This document shows positions 14,041 to 25,469 of a stretch of 64,000 nucleotides of DNA, piece by piece. Numbering within the stretch: the first letter of the stretch is position 1; each line of letters begins with the position of its first letter. The notes under the pieces are model-generated. The model saw nothing but the letters and a program-made list of their open reading frames with translations. It ran no database searches and had not been told where the DNA came from. Source of the DNA: Camelus dromedarius (taxonomy: Eukaryota). Made by a program: the position numbers and the translations under genes. The stretch lies in contig NC_087437.1 of assembly GCF_036321535.1 (NCBI RefSeq), positions 65,102,001-65,166,000 on the forward strand, given 5' to 3'.

Positions 14041-14359
14041 CATGTAACATACAATTTAGTTGAAAAATATGGTCTCTTCCATCTTACCACACTTGAATAG
14101 AAATTCCTTACTGAGCAGAGATTCCTTATTTACTGCTGTCTCCTCATCATATTAAACTGTGCTCGACATAAAGTTGATGCCTAATACACATTTGCTGAAT
14201 GAATATGAGAGTGAAGAAGGCCCTGATCTCTCTCCACACTTCACCTCCACATGCCCAGTTACCCTGGGAAGCCTAGATCCAAAGAGTCCTACCTGCCTCA
14301 GCCATGCTTCCCACCCTATCTCCCCATTTGCACCTCAAGACATCTTCCTTCCCAACTAG

Positions 14360-17135
14360 CACCCCAAATGCTGTCAGCCAAACAGCACAAAAGAGCAGCA
14401 TGTTTGTTTCACCTCTTACCATGCACTAGTTTACTGCGAGAAATTTCCACAAACAGATGGAACCCTCCCTTCCTCAAGCCTACAAGTCTTTGAGATTGTG
14501 TAAGTAAAAGTCCTGTGGACCCACAGAAAGCAGAGGATGAAAGGAATAGAGAGAAAGGCTAGGGCTGCATTCTTTTTAAGGATCAGAAGAAAGGCCGTTG
14601 ACTGCTGGTTAGACAAAATCTATTAATAACTTAGTTTAGGTTGAATAAACCTTCCTAAACAGCATGATTAGAACTCTATGAACTAGTAAATGCAGAAAAT
14701 CTCCTAACTGTTAGAGGACTCTAGTAAAGATCAAGGAGAGTTTATTGAGCAGGACACACCTAGGACAGTTTAGAGAAATTTAGGAAGTCTGTAGACTTTC
14801 TCAAAATACCTGCTTTACATGCAAGTCATCAAATTTTTTATATCAGCAGTGGTGGGGTGACTTTGTTAATCTGGTGATGTTCTTGGCTTGAAATACTGAT
14901 GAAGGTAGGCTTCAGTGATACAGTCCTTGAAAGTACCTATGAAGCATATCAGAGATGTCAGTTTGATATGTAACTTGGGTTCTAGTGGTCTCTGTGCTAG
15001 TATATTAAGTCTTTAAATATATTTGTATCCTGAGGAGCTTTTATAGTACTTGGGAGTTCTCCAAAAGAGGAGCCTAACAACACCCCCTAAGATGTATGAT
15101 AAGAACATTCTTCAAATTGATGGACTATATAAGTCCCCTTCCCAAAGCTTGCTTAGAGGCCTGAGAGTTATTCTTAGATCTCAGATAAAAAAATAAACCA
15201 CATTAGTGCCTGACACAGTCTGTGCTTAGTATTTGCACAGAGTGAATGCTGAATAAGAGCTTTATGGTTATATCTCTTAAGAATTTTCTTCTCTTTGATT
15301 TCAGATTCCTCATGCCCTCGGCTCTTGGTAGCTCGGGATGAGAAAGTCACCATTTTCCCTGTATGACTTTTTCATATGTTGTAAATGCTCAATAATAATT
15401 CACATAGAAATAGTACCTGAGTTCTTGTGGCATGAATATTGCTTTTCCTCTACAAAATATCCTGGCTTCATCCCCTATAGAGAATAAGCCTCTTGTTTGA
15501 GCCATTCCCCACCCTTTGCCTACTGGGCTTCCAAGATTTTCTGCCTGGCTCCACATGCTCCATGAAGTACACAGAGCCTGCTGAGTCTGTTGGGTAAGAC
15601 TCTTAAGTCAGAAAAGGCCTCAGTCAGTTCGCCTGGAGCCTGGGCTATTCCAGGCCTTTCAGTCAAACAGTGTTAGCATCTCTAGCCCCTGAAGACACAG
15701 TGAGAGTTTTAACAGGGGTCTCTTATTCACTTGTCAGAGGAGCAGCTTCAAGCAAGACCGTGGCTGGGAGACAACTCTTGCCATCTGCCAGGCAGGGATG
15801 CCTAGCCTCTTTAGCTCTCCTGTTCTCCCATATGCCAGGGTTCCTGCGTAGCTCAGCTCATCCTTGAGTAAACTGCTGCTGCTTGAGAATGCTCAGCAAG
15901 AGCTAAGACAGGCACCAGGGCCTTAACATCAAGGTAGGAGCAGAAACTGACAAGTTTCTGTATCCCTCAGGCATCTCTGATGCCTCCTCTGAGAAGCCTA
16001 ACATCTCCTCTGAGATGTCCTAACCAGGACATCTACTCACCCCACACTTACAGCCCTCTCAAGATACAATCTCCCATCCCTGCTCCCCATCCAAAGTTCA
16101 TCCATCTGGAGGCAAGGAGGCACCCACAGCTCCAGAGACAGAAGAGTTCCCCCAAATCCCAATCTCTTCCACCTTCAAAGATAAACTATATATAGGGAAC
16201 TGTGGAGAGCAAAAACTGGAGCTGGGCTGGAAAATACACATCAAGGGCTGCTGTAAATACCAAGTTTTAAGGGGGACAAGAAGATGAAACAGAACTTATC
16301 AGGCCTGGTCTCAGTTTTCCTAAAGCCAGCTCAGTCTTTCCATGGGCCTGGTGCCTAATCAGGATTGCCAACATTCTCAGGAGGAAAGTCAGAACAAAAG
16401 TCCCAATTCCTGTAGAGAGCCTCCTCTGGCATCTGTTTCTAGGAGTCAATTGGTATGAAACATGATCACCAACTGCGACATGAAGACAACTGGCCTGAAA
16501 TCCACCCCATACCACACTTGCTTCCTTGGGGCACAGAACAAAGCCCAAATAATTCACAGAGCAGCAGTCCCTCTGTCTTCAGCATAAGTGGAGGAGACAT
16601 TTACTGACACTGTATTCTGCAGGCAAGCCTTAGTCAAGAAATGAGCACAAAAGGGTGGACAAGTATTTTTGCCCTTCGAGAGGAGATACCCTCCTCACTA
16701 CTGACTCACTACTTGTGAGGGCCAGGGATTTCAGAAGAACAATCTTTTCTTAGGCTTTGGGTGTGGGGTATTTGGTGCACTCTGGATCCTTCCGGGATTT
16801 TTGCTGATGTAGGGGAATATAACTGATAAAGACCCAGACCTCTGATGGCAAGTACACACATATCCAGATCTTATAATTTAGACTCCTTCACCCCTAGGGA
16901 ATCCTGATTCATGAGGATTTTATTTAATGACTATACTTAAATATAACCCAAAGACCAGCTACATGAGAGGTATGTACATCATCAGGGAGCAGTTTCAGCT
17001 GTTGATGCAGTCAGCTGGGTGCCTCAGTCCTAAACAGCTGCAGTGGGTATTCAGCAACATTCCCTTGCTCACTGACCTCAGCTAGCATCTCTCAGAGAGC
17101 CTGCAGAAAAAGCTCTGCAAACCTTGGCTCATGTC
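14360..17135 (+). pseudogene. Putative decayed multi-exon gene relic with C1-like and RhoGEF DH-like segments
   Basis: frame 16942-17115 reads YNPKTSYMRGMYIIREQFQLLMQSAGCLSPKQLQWVFSNIPLLTDLS*HLSESLQKKL (DH helix-1 to FSNI pattern with in-frame stop); AG/GT-flanked 14360-14499 has a C1-like pattern; recognised by eye only. Confidence 0.5.
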
Positions 17136-17297
17136 AGGCCCTGGAAAGACTGCTCTGTACATTCCAAGTTTTAAGAAGTATAAGAGAATGAAGCATAAGG
17201 CTTGCTCTCAGTTTTTCTAAAGTTGCAGTTCCCTGAACCCAGTATCCCCCTTCTATGATTATACTTTCCATAAGCATTTTTGTTATCTACCATGTTA

Positions 17298-17535
17298 CAG
17301 CTGACTCTTGAACAATGTGGGGATTAGGGCCACTGTCTCTCTGCAATCGTAAATCCCAGAATAAATTATAGTCGGTTCTCCTGGTAGGTGTTTCTTTGTT
17401 ATAGGTGGTTCCGTATTCACAGGTTCAACCAGCCACAGGCCAGATGGTGTAGAACTATAGTATTTATTATTGAAAACAAATCACTGTATAAGTGGAACCC
17501 TGCAATTCATACCTGTGTTTTTCAATGGCCAACTG
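17298..17535. mobile_element. MER8/Tigger2-type TcMar MITE
   Basis: terminal inverted repeats cagctgactcttgaa / ttcaatggccaactg flanked by TA on both sides; about 240 bp. Confidence 0.8.
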
Positions 17536-18339
17536 TATGTTACTAATCTTTATTTTCTCTCTCCTCACTAGATTATTAGTTTCAAAAGGGCAGGAATGTT
17601 TGTCTCTTGATCTCAGCTATAACTCTGGGTCCAAGAACAGTACACAGTAAGTACAGGGGACTATGATTTTTAGATGGGTAGTCAGCAAAGGCCTAACTGA
17701 GCTGATGTTTGAACTTCAAAGGATTATGTAAGCATTAGTGTGAGGATGCATATAGTGAGTGAGCAGCTCAGTGCCTTGCACACAGTATGACTCAAGAATA
17801 ATTCAAATAATACTCGTTGTCAAGAGAGTGCCTGAAATCACAGGACCTGACTACTTTTTCCCTTTTCCTTAGGGGCTTAAGGAGAGCATGCATATTTTCT
17901 GTGACTGTTACTGAAGCTTCTCACTGACTCCTATTCCAGGACCGGAGCCCTCCACTCTCACTCTCTGCTTAAGGGATAGTTCAAGTACCATTTTCTAAAA
18001 GGTATTTCCTAGTATTCACTATTCTCTCTCTCTCTCACTCATGTCCTTAGAAACATCTCTGATTCTTTCATATAGATGCCAGGTTCTAGTCCGAGTTTCA
18101 TTAGTAAATCGCTGTTTGTCTTCGGGCGAGTCACTTTAATCTGATTCTCATTTGTTATCAGCAAAATGAAAAGATCATATTAGACGACCTACCTTCCTGG
18201 CTCTAATATTTTAAGACTCTAGAACAAAACCCACACCCTCACTCCCTTCTCACAGCTCATTCAACAATTCTTATGGTAGTTGGTTCCCGCTGTGCGGTGT
18301 CTCTGCAAAAGCCCAAGCCATAGTTCAGTCACCACCAAC

Positions 18340-19320
18340 CCTGCCGAGGAATTAAAAGAAATCGGCCGACCCACCTCACTTTGTAAACACCTGACCTTTC
18401 CTAGAACGCCCGCCCTTTCCCCGGGCACTTCCGGCTCTTCCCCACATTTTCTTCCGGAGCACTTGCTTGCGTCTGACCCCGCCCCCTCCACTCTTTAGAG
18501 TCTATTGGCTGTTTCTTTGAGGAAGCGGAGCATTTCCTGACGTTGATTGGTTTCCGTTATTGTTGATGGGTTAGTTACAAACAAGGCGTGCCTGGTCTCC
18601 CTGGTAACGCTCTGCGGATAGTTCTGATTGGTCCATATTCCAATCCCATCTTCCGTCCCAGCTGCGAGTGGTTGAGTCCCTTGGCGGGGCGCGGCGGTGG
18701 TAGGTGTCGCCTACGGGATTCCCGAGCTGACGTGGCTTCAATTTGGGAGGGGGGTAGCTGGAGTCTCCGGCGACAACCTCTTCCAGGTGAGTGGGGGACG
18801 CTCCCCAACTCCTCCCCTCCTTGAGTCTTGTAACGGTCACCGCTACTACAGGCCCCGCGGGGCTGCCAAAGCAGCTACACTCGGGTACCCTCCCCTCCCT
18901 CCTCTCCCGATTCAGTCCCGGATCCGGCCTTTCAGCCTGCCTCCCTTCACCTACCAGGCCTACTTTTAATAGTCCACACGCCAGCTGGCCCCTCCGGAGG
19001 GCTTCGGCTGCCTCCGGGCACATATGCGTGGTCTGCCCCCTCTCTAGGACCTTTCTCCTCCAGGAGCGACGGAGAAAGGCGCTTGGGTCAGTCCTGTCCG
19101 CACGGCCTTGTTCCCTGAGCGGCCTGCTCAGGCCGACCTGTGTACGCAGCAGCTGACGTCGGAGAGAACCTGCCCGGCCCCTGCGCCCAAGCCCTAAACA
19201 AACTTAGTGTCGGGAAGGGGAGGCGGGACCCAAACAGATCGAAGGTCTTGAGGGCGCAGATCACGGAAATATTGGAGATATTAACGCAAACGAGGGCCTG
19301 TCGAACAATCCTACTAATGC
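18340..19320 (+). promoter_or_regulatory. GOLGB1: CpG-island promoter of GOLGB1
   Basis: only extended CpG-dense stretch in the window; ETS ACTTCCGG (18427-18434), GC box (18477-18486), several ATTGG/CCAAT boxes (~18504, 18546, 18627, 18640). Confidence 0.9.
18650..18786 (+). other. GOLGB1: GOLGB1 non-coding exon 1 (5' end approximate)
   Basis: strong donor CAG|GTGAGT at 18786/18787 in the CpG island; no ATG; the next exon carries the start codon. Confidence 0.7.
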
Positions 19321-20584
19321 GTTGCTGAAGAGATTGGAGAGATTCGGAGAGAGGGATGATCTTTGCGACCCTATCAACACTAAGATCCCAGGAGTCAGAG
19401 GTAGGCAGGCTGTAAGAGGAAAGGGAACCCTGAAGAGAGTTCTGGAGGAAAAAGAACTTGACATGGTGGTGTGGAGGATGTTAATTCTGCTGGAGCGGGA
19501 GTGTGAAGGAGAGGATGAACCCCTCGACAAATGAGGAATATGTTTGTCTGACTTATTTAAAGGGCTCCAGCTGGTCTGTAGGGGGAGGACAATTTGCGAG
19601 TGGGACAGGGATATTTAAAAGTCTCTGGATACGTACTTTCACTTTTGGAAATAGCTGGAAGCTTTCTGAGCTTGTAAAGAATCTCACAGTTCTATGCAAG
19701 ATGGCAGTGGAGAACTCCCTACAGAAAGACCGGAGGCCTTTTCAGAAACATGAAATATTAAATCTGGATAGTCAGCATGATTATGAATGGTCAAAATGAG
19801 GAAATGTTCTTTGGAAAATGGCAGGATATGGTCATGGAATAGATATAGGAAAAGTTGAAGAGAATTCAAAAATTGCAGACATTGTACACTGTTTCACAGC
19901 TTTTATTTTTCATCTCTTGACCATGAAATGACTATTTAATGCTTTCCTTTTCACTGCATTAAGTTTGTTGGACTACATCAGTAGTTTCCAACTTTTTAAA
20001 TTGCTTGCCCTATCAGTAAAACATTTTGAGCAACCATCTTCTAAGTACTGTATATTTAATTATGAATAATATATAAATAGCACTGTAAATGTGTTACTTA
20101 TAAAATATACAAAAACATACATTTAAAAGGATGAAAAAAATTCTTGTCATTTCCTGGGACACTCCCAGCCCAATTTGGAGATCACATAAAGGTGTTTCCT
20201 TATTTTCTGAGAAGATGTTTGCGTCTCTGAGGATTCCAGATTAGGGGAATCGTTTTTTTTTTTTTTTTTTTGAGGACCTCTATTCCTCTGGGATCCAGCC
20301 TCTCCTAAAAATAATCATCTTTTGGATATTATTCTTTTTTCCTTTTGCTTGAATCTTAAGTGTCTCTTTTTTCCCCTTTGCATTAGAAGATTAGTTAAAG
20401 GGATGTTGATTTTATTCTTGTTTATAAAAAATAAATCATTCATAAACTTCTCTAGCTTAACTACTATTATAAATTTGGGGGGACATATCTTACCACTGAT
20501 CATTACATACTAGTCTATTGTTAGGAACCACTATATGAAAGGATGTTAGCTCTATAATACTGTATCTTTAATTAAGCCATTTTA

Positions 20585-20718
20585 TTTTATTTTTTAATTT
20601 AATTTAATTTTTTAATATATATTTTTATTGAAGTATAGTCAGTTTACAGTGTTGTGTCAGTTTCTGGTGTACAGCATAATGCTTCAGTCATACATGAACA
20701 TACAAATTCATTTTCATA
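20585..20718 (-). mobile_element. Short 5'-truncated L1 3' end
   Basis: tttttattgaagtatagtcagtttacagtgttgtgtcagtttctggtgtacagcat with imperfect flanking direct repeats ttaatta(a)gc(c/t)atttta. Confidence 0.7.
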
Positions 20719-23700
20719 TTAATTAGCTATTTTAAAATTAGTGATATGTGCTTTTGGTAAAATTAAATTCAATGCAAAAGGATAAAACAAAAGTCTCTTT
20801 CTCTTCTATGTACTGACCCTTTTCCCCATTCCCTACTTCCCAGAAGTAAGCACTGTAAATAATTTGTTCTTAAGAAACTTTCTGATCATATTCAACCACA
20901 TTCAACTGCTCCTTTTCTTTCTCACACAAGTTGAATTATAATATACCTGCTACTCTACACCTTTTGGTTTTTTTTGTGACTTTATACTTAAATTAGGGTT
21001 TTTTTTCCATATTCGTATGTATAAAATTCTCATTCTTTTAAAAGACTGGCAGCATTCCCTTCTAGAAATATCAAAATATAGTCAGCCTGTCCCCTATTGG
21101 TGGACATTGAGATTGTTTTCAGTCATTAGCCATCACAAACACTGCTGAAGTGTCTGTCCATGTACATTTATCTTTGTGTCCTTGCATGAGCCTGTGTATG
21201 GTATAAACAGTATGGAGTTCTTTGGGGCCCTCCTACTCTGAGTCATCTCATTTTAGTCTGTGTACTGCTGGGGAAAAAGTGCTTATATAACTGTAAGTAT
21301 ACATAAGTATATGAGTGCCCTTATGCCTCCAGCTCTGTTTTAAGCCCCAGTGAAGAATGCTGGGTGATGAAGGTACTCAGAAAATTGGTTATCTTCTGTA
21401 TCTCTACCAGCTAAGAAGCTTTGTTGAGCTCTGGGTCTGGGAAAATTACTTAACCTGCCTATGCCTTAGTTTACTCACCTTAATACTGGGGATATTGATA
21501 GAATTCCTCCTTGGGTTGTTTTAATAATAAAATGAGTAAAATGATGAGATTTGATCAGTTTGTAGTGCATGGTACTGTGTATATCAGTTATAGCTACTAT
21601 TTACTTCTAAATTTGGTTAATGAAAACAGTTTTTTTATGGCATGAAAAATAGTTTTTCATTTTCTAATTGTAAAATTATAATGTTGCATATGCTTTTCCC
21701 AGCGATATAGCACCATTTCCTATCAGTTTCTCAAACTGGTTGAGAATCACTTAAAATTAACGAAAACTACTGAGACTCAACTAAATATGCATTAAATAAG
21801 TTTGAGGAGTGACCTGGAAATACAACCATTTCCTGTGTTGTTGTCTTTGTGGGAAAAATGTGATTTAAATTCCAAAGCAAATTGTGCGATTGCATGTAGT
21901 CACAAGCATGCGCTCACTGTCTTCAGTTACTTTTGTTGTCCTATGTGTTTGTACTAAGTTCTCTGTGGTTAGGGACATGCCTTGTATTTCTTTTCAGATT
22001 TTTGTGGCTCCCAGGATAATGCTCTACACCAAGTAAATATTTTGAGAATAATTATTGACAGCAGTGAAGACAGAAAATAAGACTCACTGAATTTTAAGTA
22101 CTGCCTCAACACACAAGTGTCCAGATCTTGTGGCAGGGTTTGTAGAAGGTGTGGCCAGCACTGACTCTGAGGGATTGTTTTATTTGCCTAAATATTTTAT
22201 GGAAGGGTGGATTTGGCATGAAGCTCTTTATTTTATTCTTTCCCCAAGTTGCTACTCATGACTCTGGTGCTTTATAAAACAGTAGCAAGAGCATTGCATG
22301 TCCAGCAGTAATAGATATTCCTTACATGAATTTATTACTATATATTTTCCCCTTTACTAATTTTTATATATACATCTGCCCATTTCTGTCCTACAGTGAG
22401 CCTATCAGAGAGGGAGATCCTTCCTTCTTCATTTAGCTTAAGCATGGCTGCTTAGTGGCTCTTTTGCCCTCAAGTTCCCAACCTCTGAGCTAACTTAAAG
22501 CACTTAACTGTGCCTGGGATGCCCTTCCCATTTACATTTCCTTGTTATTCCTTTAATGTCAACAGCTACAGAAATCACTCTTGCATCATTGGGTCATAAT
22601 ACTGGGCAATAGAATGCTCCTTGCTAGTATTCTTTATTTTAAGGTGAGGAAACTGTAAAGTGACTTACCCAGTATAATACAACTTTTTTGTGTTGGAGAC
22701 AGGACTGAAAACTCAGTTCCTGGCTCCCAATTTGGTGCTCTTTCCACTGTGCCATCTACTTTCTCATGGACCTCTCAGAATGTTGACTCAGTCTGTGAGA
22801 AATTCCTTTTACTTTGGCCTGAAATGGTCCTTCCCTGATACTGAGCTTTCCTTTCTTCAAATATATAGATTTTTAAACAGTTATGTGAGAAAACCCATCT
22901 TCCATTGAAAGACCGTCTATCTTATTCAATAATGCTTATTTAACTAAGGGACCTTGAGATGTCAGTTTCTCTGAGTATCAGTTTTATTCATCTATAAAAT
23001 GGGGATGATGATAATACCTACCTTGCAGATTTTGTAAGGATTAGAGAGAAATGTATATAGAGTGTCTGATACATATTGCTCGGTAGTTGTTACCATTCAT
23101 ATTATCATTATCCTGTGTTCATCTGTATGTCCTTCATGTGCAGTAATTCATAGGATGCTGATGGAGACACACCCTTCTAGGGAGGATGCCTCCGAATCTT
23201 ATGTGTGGTAATGGTGGATTGTTGGGGGCAGTTTTAGTTTGAAAAAACATTCAGGATTTTAATTTTATATTTGGAAAGTGATATCATATTTTCACGGTAG
23301 AAATTACGTATCCATCACAATCTTCTTGGTTAATGGTGACATGCAAAAGATTTGATCTAGAGCATACCACTCTGAGGTCTTTTCAGTTTCTGTTGCAGAA
23401 CTTAGGACTCTTCACCTGTGTACTTTCCCACAGTCTGGGAATTGCACTTTCAGTGGGGCAGTTCAACGTATTCCTCTGTCTTCTCCATTTCCCGGAAATT
23501 GACAGCCAATCCAGAGGCTTCACCAGACTGATGGTCAGTCCCTTTGGCAAGACTATACAGGTGGTGGTGTTCCTTCATCAAGAGGCACAGGGTATCTGGT
23601 TTTGCTCTTTTTTGAGGATAGCAGCTGTGGCTGTTCAGTGTCTAGATTCATGAATTTATTAGGAGTTACAAAATATTACATGAGATACTCCAGTTCTACC

Positions 23701-25469
23701 ATTTGTTTTCATTAGCTGGAATAATTTTACAAAATGTGTCCCCTAATCCACTATTTGCTTCCTAAATGGTTAAGTCCCGATAGAAAAGGCAATATAAATC
23801 CTTGTACTTACCTCGTTTTTTTATGATACTTAGTTCAGATGATGACCAGTTTATTATTATTATGAACCTGTGGATTTAAATATGTTTGGTAGATTTTTAA
23901 TCTGTTGCAGTTTAGCTCATATTCTTATTAGAAACTCAGTTGTTCCTTTGGCTTGTAAGAACCGCTTCAGTTTGTCTCCTGGGTCCTTTGACATAGGCTA
24001 TCTTTGATAGCTTCCTTGCTATTTTGTATGACAAGATTTTTCAGGCTCGTTTTATTCATTTCCTGGTTCAGAACTGGAATCAGCCATTTGTCTTAGAAGC
24101 CTTCCTATTTAAAAAAAATTTTTAAATGGGGAATAATATTTCAAGACCCTAATCTAGGTGCTAAAGATGTTTATTGCTTCTCAGTTTGTCATCGTTTTCA
24201 GCCTTTTCAGTGGACAGAGCTAGGAAAATATATTTACTAAGGTAAAATACTTCGTAGGTTCATATTAATATTTTTGATTCAAATTCAAGGTTTTTATTTT
24301 GGGTTTCATAATTTCATCTGTATTATATGTATATCTCCTTTTTCATAATGAAAATATGGTAGAATTACTATGCTCGTAATTACTCACTTTAATTCCACAT
24401 GACACATAAAATAGTCCAGGAGTAATAACACTGTTGATAACCACTACTAATTTTGGTTGTTAGAAACAATTTCTTAAGTTTTTTTTTACATACACTATTC
24501 ACATTTTCCTCAGTTCTGTTTATTGGAGCTGTATATATTGTCAGTGCATATAATCATTAAATAAATACTCTACTCTCTCTATCCCGGTCCTAGTCCTATG
24601 AGTAACATGTTTAATGCTCACTACTAGATCTTATGATGATGTTTCTTCAGTCATTTTGGTTGTTTCAAGCTTTCTCTCTAATAGATGCCTTAGGAAAGGC
24701 TCCTGGGAAATTTTTTTCATGAATTTTCTTGCAAGTTTATAACATTCTGTCTGTGCTCTTTATATCTGAAGGTCACTTTTGCTGGAAATAGAATCCTTGG
24801 CTCACATTTTCTTTTTTTAAATATCTCAAATCTATAAGTCCATTTTTTCTGGCAAGCATTTGCTGTTGAAAAGTCTGATTATAGTCTTTTTTTAAACTTA
24901 CAAGTCATAATATTTTGGCCTAAATCTCAAAGAATTTTTTTAAGTCCATTAATTTTACTAGAATGCCTTATTGGTCATTCTGGGTTGGTATTTTCAGATA
25001 CATGGTGGCCCTTTCAGTGTGTAACTGCAAATCTTTTAAAATTCAGATAAGTTCTCTTGGATTTTGTTTTTTTGTGTGTATTCTGTATCTTTGCTTTGGT
25101 TGTCTTTTTCAGGGAATCTGATTATCCTCATTGCTTATCTTCAACATTTATCACTTTCTCTTGATTCCTTTTTTACTGTCTATTTTTTGAATTTTTTTAA
25201 AATAAACAATTGTGAGTAATTTTAAATTTATTAGAAGATATGCAAAGATAGTTAAGAGTTCAGTAAGCCCCTTACCCAGTATTCTCTAATGTTTACATGT
25301 TACAATTGCAAAGTGCATTAATCAAATTTAAGAAACCAACACTGACATGTTACTATTAACTAAACTCCATACTTTGTTTGGATTTCACTTATTTCTCCAT
25401 TGATGTCCTTTTTCTGTTCTGGGATACTATCATAAGATATCACATTTAGTTCAATTCTTTTTCTTTTTA

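Noticed and set aside
18261..19799. Cluster of overlapping ORFs (up to 150 aa) on both strands
   Set aside because: Expected from stop-codon depletion in a CpG island; no recognisable domain, and many start at non-ATG codons
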